Origin: a bacterium
GTDB lineage: Bacteria; UBA8248
Assembly: GCA_965200245.1 (NCBI GenBank)
Contig: CBDATS010000004.1
Coordinates: 1,476,791 to 1,540,790 of the forward strand
Length of the DNA: 64,000 bases
Direction of reading: 5' to 3'
Below the pieces are notes generated by a model. That model was given only the letters and a program-made list of their open reading frames with translations. It was not told the origin of the DNA and ran no database searches. A program made the translations under genes and the position numbers. Positions 40,639 to 50,028 of this stretch are shown piece by piece; positions within the stretch are counted from its first letter, which is position 1, and each line of letters opens with the position of its first letter.

Positions 40639-40843
40639 TTTCAACCAAGTACGCAAACAGTAAACAGAGAAAACAGCATATCGGCAATCAAACTCGTTTC
40701 CACTGCCGGGGAGGATTTCGATGTCGAATACGTCGCGCAGGCGTATCGAACCGTTTGTGCAAAATCACCCACCGGAAATACGAGATGCGCCAACGAACCC
40801 ATTTCTGCCAAATAGCGTTCAAATGACTTGAAGACTCGACCGG

Positions 40844-40895
40844 AAATTTTGGGAATTATCTACTTGAATCCGCAAGTCTGAATATCCTGATTTTG
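40844..40895 (+). repeat. Left inverted repeat
   Basis: AAATTTTGGGAATTATCTACTTGAATCCGCAAGTCTGAATATCCTGATTTTG. Confidence 0.75.
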
Positions 40896-40915
40896 CGTTT
40901 TCCGGGTGTATCGTT

Positions 40916-41287
40916 TCAGGTCACAGGCGGAATTGCTGTCAGAACCGGTGCATGCGCCGCCTTCTTCCATTCAGCCCATACACCGGAACTGACAGGAACC
41001 CGAAAGTGGGCACTTTCGCATATAAATTCCCTTATCGATACCAAATCGTAATCTGCACCGCTGGCGCCTTCCAACTGTTCCTCGGTGAGCCGGGTCGCAG
41101 GCGGGAGGACGAGATAGCTGTTCTCGGCGTCGTCTTCCATCACATGCAGGTTGAAATTCTCCGGCATCGTTATCCCGAACTCCTCGAATCCCACGGCCTT
41201 CGGTTCGGAGATAAGACGGGCACGGAACTCCTCACTGTCGCTTGCCTTCTCGATCAGGTGCTCGCGCATCTCGGAAATAGATTTCAT
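40916..41287 (-). CDS. NHLP (nitrile-hydratase-like leader) RiPP precursor peptide
   Basis: LIEKASDSEEFRARLISEPK...FGITMP...LHVMED...YLVLPP...LTEEQLEGASGA is the NHLP leader with a double-Gly-type cleavage site; TAAGGAG RBS. Confidence 0.88.
   Translation of the reverse strand: MKSISEMREHLIEKASDSEEFRARLISEPKAVGFEEFGITMPENFNLHVMEDDAENSYLVLPPATRLTEEQLEGASGADYDLVSIREFICESAHFRVPVSSGVWAEWKKAAHAPVLTAIPPVT
41001..41018. terminator. Hairpin within or just after the NHLP core region
   Basis: CGAAAGTG-GG-CACTTTCG perfect inverted repeat, about 13 nt downstream of an out-of-frame TAA. Confidence 0.4.
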
Positions 41288-41469
41288 TCCGGTCTCCTTA
41301 TCCTGAGGAAATGAGTATGGGTGGACACCCCCGATGCTTTCGTTTTTTTTGCATCGTCATCCTGAACAGGATATGGGATATTCCGACGGGAAAGCAAGAA
41401 ATTTTTGACGTTTTCTCGTGAGGAACAGGCTTCCTCCTGGGAAAACGGCGGCCGGAGGACACGTTTTCC

Positions 41470-41520
41470 CAAATTCAGGGAGCCAGACTTGTGGATTTAC
41501 GTATGTAATTCCCGAAATTC
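41470..41520 (-). repeat. Right inverted repeat
   Basis: Reverse complement reads GAATTTCGGGAATTACATACGTAAATCCACAAGTCTGGCTCCCTGAATTTG; 30 of the first 37 nt match the left repeat. Confidence 0.75.
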
Positions 41521-41556
41521 ATGAGTTGAAAATCTGTTGCGATTCAAGAAGCTTCC

Positions 41557-42036
41557 TCATGGCAAGGGTTCGTCGTTGAGCCAGCGTGCGAGGGCTTTTT
41601 CGGGGTCTGCGATCTCGTTGAGCGAAGTGTAGAAGTAGTTCTCCCAGCCGACCTCGGGCAGGCCGGTGAAGATCATAAGATTCAGCGGATAGTGATCGCA
41701 ATCGGTCGAGCGCCTGAAATCGTCTCGAAACAAGAAGACGGGCTTTCCCCAGGCGATGGCCATGCCAAGTTCGACCATCACGCCCTCATCGGGCGGGCAG
41801 CCGTTCACCACGCCGAAAAAGCCCGCCGCATCGCGCACGTCGCGCATATCGTTCTGGCCGACGCGGTACGCCCAGCCGGGCTGCGCGAGTTCAGATGGCT
41901 GGTTGTTGCGCGTGAACGGTTCCCACACCTCGGCGCCCATGGCCTCAAGCGCCACCACGAGATCGGGCAGCGGCCCCTCGCGTTGTTGTAAGGAAAAACC
42001 GTAAGAACTCGCCAGGTACAGGGTCTTTTTTTCCAT
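41557..42036 (-). CDS. Nucleoside 2-deoxyribosyltransferase-family protein
   Basis: LYLAS, VWEPF, D..DV, PDEGVMVELGMAIAWGKP and NLMI motifs. Confidence 0.88.
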   Translation of the reverse strand: MEKKTLYLASSYGFSLQQREGPLPDLVVALEAMGAEVWEPFTRNNQPSELAQPGWAYRVGQNDMRDVRDAAGFFGVVNGCPPDEGVMVELGMAIAWGKPVFLFRDDFRRSTDCDHYPLNLMIFTGLPEVGWENYFYTSLNEIADPEKALARWLNDEPLP

Positions 42037-42137
42037 GCCAATCCCTCTCCTCTCTCGTTCACCTCATGCCTTCTGCAAGGGAACGCGCGTCATGCTTTCA
42101 CACGAGGAATGGGTTGGTCCAGCGTAGACGCGCGACC

Positions 42138-43292
42138 TCAGTGTACATTCTTTCCCAAAACGGCGAAGGCCAGCCCTGCGCAAAGCGCCACTCCTGCTGC
42201 GACGTGGAGCAGTGCCACGAACCCCCATATCGGGAGCAGCCAGCCCGCCAGCAGCGCACCAAACGTGGAGCCGATCCCCTGGGTGGCGGCGCTGTAGAGT
42301 GATTGCGCGGTGTTCTTGGTGGCCGCGCTGCTCAGACGATCGACGTATTGAATCGCGCCCGCGTGAAAAACGCCAAAGGCGACGCCGTGAAGAAGCTGTA
42401 TCAAGATGAGCAAAACGGCGTCCGTCGTGAGAGCGACGAACTCCCACCTGAGTCCTGCGGCTATCATGCCTGCGGCTATCATCCACTTGAGACCGAATTT
42501 TCTCTGGATGGCCTGCGCGTAGGTGAGAAAGAATATCTCACTCACGACGCCCACCGTCCACGCCAGGGCGATCATATCCGCCGACAGACCCAACTCTTTC
42601 AGCCTGATGCTGAAGTAAATCCCGAACGGCCCGGCGGACATGGAGGCGAACGTGGTGGTGAGGAGGAATACGGCGAGCGAGTCGCTACTGAGCAGGAGCC
42701 TCAGGTCGGCCCGGAAACGGGGTCTTGTCGCGCCCGTCTCTTTCGGCAGGTGAAAGATCACGAAAACGAGCGCGAGACCCGCGGCCGTCACAAGCGGAAA
42801 GATGGAAGCGACCCCGGTGGTCTCGACCAGGCGGCCCGCGCCCATCGCCGCGATGATGAAGCCGAGGGACCCCCAGAGGCGCACCCGGCCGTATTGTGCA
42901 CCGGTGGTCTCTGTCTCACGCAGGCAGAGGTTCTCGGCTATCGGCACGAGGGGGGCTCTGAGTGCGGAGAAAAGCGTGATCAAGACGAACAGGGCGAGAA
43001 AACCACTCGCTCCCCACAACAAAAGCGCAAGCAAAGAACTGGCGACGGCGCACGTGAAGGCCACGCTTTTTCCGAGGCGGAACTTGTCTGCCAGCGCACC
43101 GAACAGGGGAGGCGCCAGCGCGCTCGAAAGACGGGGCGCGGCGTTCAGCAGACCGAGATGGAAACCGCTCACGCCGACTGAATAATAAAAGATGTTCAGA
43201 AACGGGAGCATGACGCCCACGGTGAAAAAATGCAGAAAATAAAACGCGGGCATCCGCCAGAAGGGGATTGCGCCTGTTGGCTGCGCGCTCAT
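42138..43292 (-). CDS. MFS transporter (MFS_1_like/HcaT-type)
   Basis: 12-TM pattern; GALADK, YGRVRLWGSLGF and QLLHGVAFG. Confidence 0.9.
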   Translation of the reverse strand: MSAQPTGAIPFWRMPAFYFLHFFTVGVMLPFLNIFYYSVGVSGFHLGLLNAAPRLSSALAPPLFGALADKFRLGKSVAFTCAVASSLLALLLWGASGFLALFVLITLFSALRAPLVPIAENLCLRETETTGAQYGRVRLWGSLGFIIAAMGAGRLVETTGVASIFPLVTAAGLALVFVIFHLPKETGATRPRFRADLRLLLSSDSLAVFLLTTTFASMSAGPFGIYFSIRLKELGLSADMIALAWTVGVVSEIFFLTYAQAIQRKFGLKWMIAAGMIAAGLRWEFVALTTDAVLLILIQLLHGVAFGVFHAGAIQYVDRLSSAATKNTAQSLYSAATQGIGSTFGALLAGWLLPIWGFVALLHVAAGVALCAGLAFAVLGKNVH

Positions 43293-43599
43293 GGGCGCGT
43301 GTGGGTAAAGCGGGTCACCGGGCACCTCTCCACCCGGGCGGCGGAATCCATTCGAGCATGATGTGAGAATGATTTCCACCCGCGCAGCAGTTTCTTCTTC
43401 GGCATGGTTTTGTTATCCTTCGCGCGCGATGTATTGTCCTGTTCCGACCCGGACGATCGAGCGGCCGTTTCGGAACCGAAATCCGGAACTCCGCCTAAGC
43501 ATCCTAGACCTGAAAGCGACCATTGGCGGGAACCTCGAAAGATGGGGAATTCCCCGCTGAATTATCCACGTCATCGGCCATTCTTGCGGGAGCGGAATC

Positions 43600-44622
43600 A
43601 TGAACACGAACGACCTGGCAGCAATCGCGAAGCAGATGGTGGCGCCTGGCAAAGGCATCCTCGCGGCGGACGAGAGTTCGGGCACAATTCAAAAGCGCCT
43701 CGACAGCATCGGCGTCGAATCCACCGAGGAGAACCGGCGCGCCTATCGCGAGCTTCTCTTTACGACCGAGGGAATCGAGGAATATATCAGTGGTGTCATT
43801 CTCTTTGACGAAACTCTGCGCCAGAGCGCTGCAGACGGGGCGAACTTCACCGCACTGCTCGCCTCGCGTGGCATCCTGCCTGGGATCAAGGTCGACAAGG
43901 GGGCGAAGGATCTTGCTCTCGCCCCGGGCGAGAAGGTCACCGAAGGTCTCGACGGCCTGCGTGAACGACTGGCCGAATACGTCACGCTGGGCGCCAAATT
44001 CACCAAGTGGCGCGCCGTGATCACCATCGGCGAGGGAATTCCCTCGACCTATTGTATCGACGCCAACGCGCACGGCCTCGCGCGTTACGCCGCGCTCTCA
44101 CAGGAAGCGGGTCTCGTGCCCATCGTGGAACCCGAGGTGCTCATGGATGCGGACAATACCATCGAGACTTGCGAGACGGTGACGAACGATACGCTTGAGA
44201 GCGTCTTCCACGCCCTGCACCAGCACCGCGTCTTGCTGGAGGGTATGATTCTGAAACCCAATATGGTGATCTCGGGTAAACAATGCCCGGTCCAGGCAGG
44301 TGTGCAGGAAGTGGCCGAGGCCACAGTCCGTTCCCTGTCGAGAAACGTGCCTGCCGCCGTGCCCGGCATCTGTTTCCTCTCGGGGGGGCAGAGCGACGCC
44401 ATCGCCACCGCACACCTGAACGCCATGAATACGATGGGTCCCCACCCTTGGGAACTCAGCTTTTCCTACGGCCGCGCACTTCAGGCACCGGCCCTCAAAG
44501 GCTGGGGTGGCGACGCCGCAAACATGCCTCTCGCCCAGAGGCTCTTCCTCCACCGTTGCAAGTGCAACGGCGCAGCGCGCACGGGAGTATACGAGGACGC
44601 AATGGAGCAAGAAGCCGCCTGA
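43600..44622 (+). CDS. fba: Fructose-bisphosphate aldolase class I
   Basis: GKGILAADES, PGIKVDKG, KWRAV, VPIVEPEV, LKPNMV, FLSGGQS and FSYGRALQ. Confidence 0.97.
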   Translation: MNTNDLAAIAKQMVAPGKGILAADESSGTIQKRLDSIGVESTEENRRAYRELLFTTEGIEEYISGVILFDETLRQSAADGANFTALLASRGILPGIKVDKGAKDLALAPGEKVTEGLDGLRERLAEYVTLGAKFTKWRAVITIGEGIPSTYCIDANAHGLARYAALSQEAGLVPIVEPEVLMDADNTIETCETVTNDTLESVFHALHQHRVLLEGMILKPNMVISGKQCPVQAGVQEVAEATVRSLSRNVPAAVPGICFLSGGQSDAIATAHLNAMNTMGPHPWELSFSYGRALQAPALKGWGGDAANMPLAQRLFLHRCKCNGAARTGVYEDAMEQEAA

Positions 44623-44659
44623 CAGGCCGGCGGCAGCCCGAGGAGGAGAGGAGTAGAAA

Positions 44660-45700
44660 ATGCAGCAGGAAGCCGTCGCCATCGACAGCGCGAACTTCAG
44701 GGGAATGACGCTTGAGCGTCACATTCGCGAGGAAGAGAGAAATCACCCCGGTGCGCGGGGGCTTTTCACCCGGCTCGTCACGCAGATCACCCTTGCCGCC
44801 AAGATCATCAACGCCGAGGTCAACAAGGCGGGTCTCGTGGATATCCTGGGTCTTACCGGCGAGGTCAACGTGCAGGGAGAAGAAGTCCAGAAACTCGACG
44901 AATATGCGAACGACGTGATGCGAAGGGCACTCGACCACACGGGTTCAGTAGCCGCCCTGGCGAGTGAGGAGATGGAGGATGTCTACGTCATCCCCGGAAA
45001 ATACGTGGAAGGTGGCGAATACGTCGTGCTCTACGATCCACTGGACGGTTCCTCGAACATCGATGTAAACGTGAGCATCGGTTCGATCTTTTCCATCCTG
45101 CGCCGCAAGAGCGGGGGCAGTACCACAGAGTTGGACGACTTCCTCCAGCCGGGCGTCGCCCAGGTCTGCGCGGGCTATGTCATCTACGGTTCGTCCACCA
45201 TGCTGGTCTATACCACGGGCAACGGTGTCGACGGATTTACGCTCGACCCCTCCGTCGGTGAGTTCTTTCTCTCTCATCCCAATATCCGTATTCCCGAGTC
45301 GGGAAAGATATACAGCATCAACGAGGGCAATTCATCGAAATGGGACGAGCCCACCTCCCGCTACGTCTCATACTTGAAAGAAGAAGATCCCGAATCGGGA
45401 CGTCCCTATTCAGGCCGCTACATTGGTTCACTGGTAGCCGATTTCCACAGAAACCTCTTGAAGGGCGGAATATTTCTCTATCCGGGTGACAGGAAAAGCC
45501 CGAACGGCAAGCTGCGCCTCCTCTACGAGTGCAACCCGATATCCTTCATTGCGGAGCAGGCTGGGGGAGCTGCGAGCGACGGCCACCGCAGAGTGATGGA
45601 GATACAGCCCGAAAAACTTCACCAGCGCATTCCCTTCATCGTCGGCAGCAACCGCGACGTCGCCGAGGCCGCCCGTTTCATATCCGGAGGAGGAAATTGA
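44660..45700 (+). CDS. fbp: Fructose-1,6-bisphosphatase class I
   Basis: NVQGEEVQKLD, SEE, DPLDGSSNIDVNVSIG, RYIGSLVADFHR and GKLRLLYE. Confidence 0.97.
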   Translation: MQQEAVAIDSANFRGMTLERHIREEERNHPGARGLFTRLVTQITLAAKIINAEVNKAGLVDILGLTGEVNVQGEEVQKLDEYANDVMRRALDHTGSVAALASEEMEDVYVIPGKYVEGGEYVVLYDPLDGSSNIDVNVSIGSIFSILRRKSGGSTTELDDFLQPGVAQVCAGYVIYGSSTMLVYTTGNGVDGFTLDPSVGEFFLSHPNIRIPESGKIYSINEGNSSKWDEPTSRYVSYLKEEDPESGRPYSGRYIGSLVADFHRNLLKGGIFLYPGDRKSPNGKLRLLYECNPISFIAEQAGGAASDGHRRVMEIQPEKLHQRIPFIVGSNRDVAEAARFISGGGN

Positions 45701-46600
45701 ATGCAGACGCATCACCTCGCTATTTTATTCCTCGTTGCTGTCCTGCTCACCGGATGCGTGGGCATCGAAGATTATGAGCGAAAGACCGATGAGGCCGTCG
45801 GCCTCAGAAACGAACTCTCGAAGGCTCGGGGCGAGAGCGACGGACTACGCCGGAAGATCGAGGAACTGGAAGGACAGATTAAGCAAAAAGACATGGAAAG
45901 CCAGGAACTCAGCCAGTCCCTTACCATGGCCAGACGCCACAGCCAGCAGACGGAGACGCGCGTGGCCGACCTGCGCGCGCGGATGACCGCCCAGCAATCG
46001 CAACAAACCGAGGCTGCCAAAAAGGCCAGCCGCTTTCAGCGCGCCTATGAGAGTTCGCGCACGCGCGTCCGGGGTATCCAGAAGAAACTCGTCGCTGTGC
46101 AAAAGAAACTCCTGCGGTTCGAGGATCGGATTCGTTTCCAGATTCAACTCGAAAAGGACATGAAGGCGCAGCTTTCGAAAGAACGAGAACGCGGGATCGT
46201 ACAGGTGCGCCGCGTGGGTGATCGGGTGGTGATCAGCATCGCGAGTTCCATTCTCTTCCGTTCGGGGAGCGCCAAGATTCGCTCGGAGAGCAAGGCACTT
46301 CTCGTGAAATTCGCCAACCTGCTGCACCGCTACGCGAACCGCGAGATACAGGTGCAGGGCCACACCGACAACGTGCAGATATCCGATCGTCTGGCGGAGC
46401 GCTGGGAGACGAACTGGGAACTTTCCGCCGCGCGCGCCACGCGGGTGCTGCGCTATTTCGTCGAGGTGGGAAATTTGGATCCGCGGAGGGCCTCGGGAGC
46501 GGGAATGGGGGAGTTCCGCCCGATAGCCAGCAACAACACGCGTGAGGGGCGCCGGAAGAACCGCAGGATTGAAATCGTCATCTTCGCCTCTGATTCCTAG
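45701..46600 (+). CDS. Lipoprotein with coiled coil and OmpA/MotB peptidoglycan-binding domain
   Basis: LLTGC lipobox, heptad region, LFRSGSA, GHTDN, NWELSAARA and NRRIEI. Confidence 0.88.
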   Translation: MQTHHLAILFLVAVLLTGCVGIEDYERKTDEAVGLRNELSKARGESDGLRRKIEELEGQIKQKDMESQELSQSLTMARRHSQQTETRVADLRARMTAQQSQQTEAAKKASRFQRAYESSRTRVRGIQKKLVAVQKKLLRFEDRIRFQIQLEKDMKAQLSKERERGIVQVRRVGDRVVISIASSILFRSGSAKIRSESKALLVKFANLLHRYANREIQVQGHTDNVQISDRLAERWETNWELSAARATRVLRYFVEVGNLDPRRASGAGMGEFRPIASNNTREGRRKNRRIEIVIFASDS

Positions 46601-46643
46601 TGGGTGTGCGTTCCCGCGCAGCAAACCGAGAAAGGATGTTTCC

Positions 46644-47306
46644 TTGATCCTGGAGCGGATACCTGTAGGGCCTTTCCAGATGAACAGCTACATCGTGGGC
46701 TGCGAGGAGACCAAAGAGGCTGCCTACGTCGACCCGGGTGCCGAGGTTGATCGCGTCATTGAGGCGTCGCGCGCACACGGTCTCACCCTCACCAAACTCA
46801 TCGGCACCCACGCGCACTTGGACCACGCCGAGGGTGTTGCGGAAGCCAGGAAGAAACTCGGGATTCCCTACTGGCTCCACGAGGCGGAACTCTTCAACCT
46901 GCGCAACATGCCAAATACGGCGCGTGGATACGGGTTTTCCGAACCGTCCGTCCCCGAGGTGGATGCGTACCTCGTGCCGGGTGAGAAGATTTCGGTGGGT
47001 AACCTGGAATTCGGGATCAGGCTCACCGACGGGCACGCGCCGGGCAACGTCACGCTCTACCTGCCCGGGAACGGTGGCGAGGCGGGGCACGCCATCGTGG
47101 GTGACGCGCTGTTCGCAGGTTCCGTTGGGCGCACCGACCTCTATATGGGCGACGCAGGCGTGTTGCTGAACGCCATCCGGACGCAACTGCTCACCCTCCC
47201 GGACGATACCGTCGTGCATCCGGGCCACGGACCCGATACCACCATCGGTCACGAGAAATCCACCAATCCCTACTGCCAGCCCGGAGCGGAACAATTCTTG
47301 ACCTGA
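46644..47306 (+). CDS. MBL-fold metallo-hydrolase (glyoxalase II-like)
   Basis: THAHLDH, GHAPG, GDALFAGSVGRTD and PGHGP. Confidence 0.92.
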   Translation: MILERIPVGPFQMNSYIVGCEETKEAAYVDPGAEVDRVIEASRAHGLTLTKLIGTHAHLDHAEGVAEARKKLGIPYWLHEAELFNLRNMPNTARGYGFSEPSVPEVDAYLVPGEKISVGNLEFGIRLTDGHAPGNVTLYLPGNGGEAGHAIVGDALFAGSVGRTDLYMGDAGVLLNAIRTQLLTLPDDTVVHPGHGPDTTIGHEKSTNPYCQPGAEQFLT

Positions 47307-47347
47307 ACGCGGACGCCCCCCAGGCGCATCCCCATCTCGGAGGCGGG

Positions 47348-47851
47348 GTGAAATTCTGCGTTTCCTGCGGGAGCGCGCTCGTCTACCGTTCCTGGACGGA
47401 AGGGGACGGATCCATGCAACTCTGCTGCAGCGCGGTCTCGTGCAGCCATGTCCATTTTCTCGACCCCAAGCTGGCGGCGGGCGTTGTGGCGACGATCAAG
47501 GGGGAGGTCGTGATCGTGCGGCGCGCCCACAACCCTGGCAAGGGGCTCTGGACGTTTCCGGGTGGTTTCGTGAACCGGGGCGAAGTGGTACCCAAAGCCG
47601 CCGCGCGCGAAGCGGAAGAAGAGGCGGGCATCGAGGTGGCTGTGGAATCTCTTCTTGGGGTGTACTCGTTCGAGGGCAACGCCACCGTGCTCATCGTCTA
47701 CACGGGCATTGTGACGGGAGGATCTCCCCGCGCACTTTCGGAGAGCACCGAGGTCAAGCTCGTTGCACCCGATGCGATCGATTTCGATGAACTCGCATTC
47801 GACACCACGCGCGCTGCCATGCGCGACTGGCGGGTGCGGATGAAGGGCTAG
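47348..47851 (+). CDS. NUDIX hydrolase with N-terminal Zn ribbon
   Basis: FCVSCG...C, DPKLA, Nudix box GGFVNRGEVVPKAAAREAEEEAG. Confidence 0.9.
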   Translation: MKFCVSCGSALVYRSWTEGDGSMQLCCSAVSCSHVHFLDPKLAAGVVATIKGEVVIVRRAHNPGKGLWTFPGGFVNRGEVVPKAAAREAEEEAGIEVAVESLLGVYSFEGNATVLIVYTGIVTGGSPRALSESTEVKLVAPDAIDFDELAFDTTRAAMRDWRVRMKG

Positions 47852-47870
47852 GGGGCTGCATCTCGGTTGC

Positions 47871-48207
47871 TTATGAAGTTCCCGTGTATATAAGCGCGCC
47901 GGGTTTCAGGGGAACATCTTTCTTTTGCTTCTTCATACGCAACTCCATCGTCATGCCCGGCTTGAACATATATGCGATCAGTCGCTCGCGGGAGAAGCAC
48001 GAGAGCTTCCCGTTCATGAGATTCGGTGCCTCGGGTTGCTTGATTCCGGGATACTTCATAAGGTCCTTTTTTCTTGATCCCTCTCGATTCAATAGTGTCC
48101 CTAATTTCCGGGAGCAGTTTTGATCTCAACACCATTTCATCCAGGTTCGGAAGTCCAGGACATTTAAAGGTATTGTAGCTGCCTTCGAAAATTTCAACTT
48201 CACTCAT
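47871..48207 (-). pseudogene. Frameshifted XRE/HTH_37 (HigA-like) antitoxin
   Basis: EGSYNTFKCPGLPNLDEMVLRSKL..IRDTIESRGI, frameshift at the T6 run 48067-48072, then GIKQPEAPNLMNGKLSCFSRERLI. Resembles GSGNVFADLG...QPxVSxLxxGKxSxFSxERL. Confidence 0.7.
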
Positions 48208-48370
48208 CGGTTCATCTCTGAAATCCCTGAATGGCTTGGCGGAAGGGAGGCTTTTTCTCCCCGTTGAGCTACCTTCACGGCACAGAACATATCCTCTTGT
48301 GCCTCATGGGAAACTGTGTGAACGTATCCTCGCTTTTGCCTATCCACCATATGGTTTGGGATTTCTTCGA
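48204..48370 (-). pseudogene. Truncated, frameshifted RelE/Gp49 (HigB-like) toxin remnant
   Basis: Joined frames read TIWWIGKSEDTFTQFP / HEAQEDMFCAVKVAQRGEKA / PSAKPFRDF, resembling the Gp49-toxin N-terminus; abuts the antitoxin start. Confidence 0.55.
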
Positions 48371-48523
48371 TCTGTTGCACTGCACGGAAATACCCTCCCC
48401 TTACTTTCATGACGTTGCCGATCATATAATCGGACGGAACACCCGGTATGATCTTTCCGGTTCGGGGAGGAGCACGCGGTCCGGCCGGCGGCTCTTGTCA
48501 AATGCGATGGAAGGAGACGAAAG

Positions 48524-49201
48524 ATGACGCTATCTGATGAAACGCTCACGAAGCTTCGGGAGATCGACACGCCCACGGCGTCGAACGCGGTAGAATCCTT
48601 CGGTGTGAGGCCGAGAACCCTGGGCCACAGCGACGCCAGTATCAAGTGCATGTTCCCCGAGATGGGTGTGGCGCTCGGCTACGCCGTGACGTTCACGACC
48701 AGCGAATTCGCGCCCGGTGAGGAACGGACAAACGCATCGAGAATCGCGCTCTATGAAGCCGTGTCGGCGGCTCCCAAGCCCTGCGTACTCGTGCAGCAGG
48801 ACATTAGCCTGAAACCCCGATCGGCGTGCCTTTGGGGGGAGATCATGTCGAACCTCTTCTCGCGCCTGGGAGCAGAGGGCGTGGTGACGAACGGGGTGGT
48901 GCGCGACTTGGAAGCCATGCGTGAGGCGGGCTTCAGGACCTGGTGCGGGGGTATGACGGTCTCGCGCGGCGACGTGCGCGTGGTGGCTGTGAACACGCCG
49001 GTCGCCGTCGGCGGGATGGCCGTGACGCCGGGTGACCTCATCCATGCGGACGTAAGCGGCGCGCTCGTGGTGCCGAAAGAAATCGCGGCGGATGTTCCCG
49101 AAGCCGCAGAGCGCGTGCTTGCAAAAGAAGCAGATCTTCTCGCCGCTATCCGCGCGGAGGACTTCAGCCTGGAGGAATTGGTGAAGCGGTTCTATTCATG
49201 A
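48524..49201 (+). CDS. RraA/HMG-aldolase-family protein
   Basis: DTPTASNA, GYAVT, WGEIM, TNGVVRD and PGDLIHAD. Confidence 0.9.
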   Translation: MTLSDETLTKLREIDTPTASNAVESFGVRPRTLGHSDASIKCMFPEMGVALGYAVTFTTSEFAPGEERTNASRIALYEAVSAAPKPCVLVQQDISLKPRSACLWGEIMSNLFSRLGAEGVVTNGVVRDLEAMREAGFRTWCGGMTVSRGDVRVVAVNTPVAVGGMAVTPGDLIHADVSGALVVPKEIAADVPEAAERVLAKEADLLAAIRAEDFSLEELVKRFYS

Positions 49202-49291
49202 TGGATAGTCATCGTGAGAAATCCGCACCCATCTTCCCGGAAAACGAGGTGTTCAGGTACACTCCTTCCCTCATGGGAAACACTTCGGTCC

Positions 49292-49915
49292 CTATCCGCT
49301 GACCAGCCAACTCTCGGCCGTCTCGCGCACTTCGGTTTCCTTCTCCGTCCTGGCGATGGTGATTCCTTCGGGAGGCGTCTGCCCCGTCCGCGCGTTTCGC
49401 CAGCAATGGTAGCGGATGTTGAGAGGATATTGCTCCAGGTTCATATTCTCGAAAAACGAATCCGGAATTTCACGTGGATTGTGCGCATCCATGCGATCCT
49501 TCTCATAGATGGCTGTGCGGTTGAAAATACGCCATTCGCCGTCTCGCTTTTCCACTTGGTCGAGGTAGCAGCTCCAGGTGTGGAAATCAAAGGCGTACCC
49601 GTCGAGGAGACGACGGTTGTGCAGGATGACATCGTACTCGATGAGCGCGCTCTCTCCGTTCAACCGCACCCGCGGGTTCGCGTTGACGTGTTTGGTGAAC
49701 TCCTGCGGCCCTCGGGAAGCCATCATCTTCTTGGAGCGTTCGATGAATTCATCCACAGAGCCGGAGTGCCAACTCACGGTCACGTTCGCATCCGGGTGGT
49801 AACAGTCCTGAAGTGTCTCCCAGTCGCCCTTGTCCCGGGAATAACAGGCGGCGGCAACCACTTCCTGAATTTCAAACTTGTCGAGCATGTTTTGCAGTCT
49901 TTCGGAATTCGGCAT
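49292..49915 (-). CDS. SnoaL/NTF2-like protein
   Basis: DKFEIQEVV...SRDKGDW...YHPDA...YLDQVEKRDGEWRIFNRTAIYEKD. Confidence 0.8.
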   Translation of the reverse strand: MPNSERLQNMLDKFEIQEVVAAACYSRDKGDWETLQDCYHPDANVTVSWHSGSVDEFIERSKKMMASRGPQEFTKHVNANPRVRLNGESALIEYDVILHNRRLLDGYAFDFHTWSCYLDQVEKRDGEWRIFNRTAIYEKDRMDAHNPREIPDSFFENMNLEQYPLNIRYHCWRNARTGQTPPEGITIARTEKETEVRETAESWLVSG

Positions 49916-49972
49916 GGCGATTCTCCCGTTCGGGGTTGTTCCGGTTGCAATGTTTTTTACGGGTGGGCCAAC

Positions 49973-50011
49973 AAAAGCAGCCTCCCGCCCTCGGGTCGGA
50001 CGGGAGGCTGC
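49973..50011 (-). terminator. Intrinsic terminator after the ABC substrate-binding gene
   Basis: GCAGCCTCCCG...CGGGAGGCTGC 11-bp stem followed by TTTT on the minus strand. Confidence 0.75.
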
Positions 50012-50028
50012 CTGCAAAGGACCGGCGG

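Larger units (their letters stand above)
40844..41520. mobile_element. Non-autonomous cassette bounded by ~52-bp imperfect inverted repeats (MITE-like or invertible), carrying an NHLP precursor gene
   Basis: Manual alignment of 40844-40895 with the reverse complement of 41470-41520 gives about 40/52 identities. No transposase or recombinase inside. Confidence 0.55.

Noticed and set aside
45701-46600. Flagellar stator MotB or Zorya ZorB defence component
   Set aside because: It has a lipobox rather than the Asp-containing TM helix, and no MotA/ZorA partner is adjacent.
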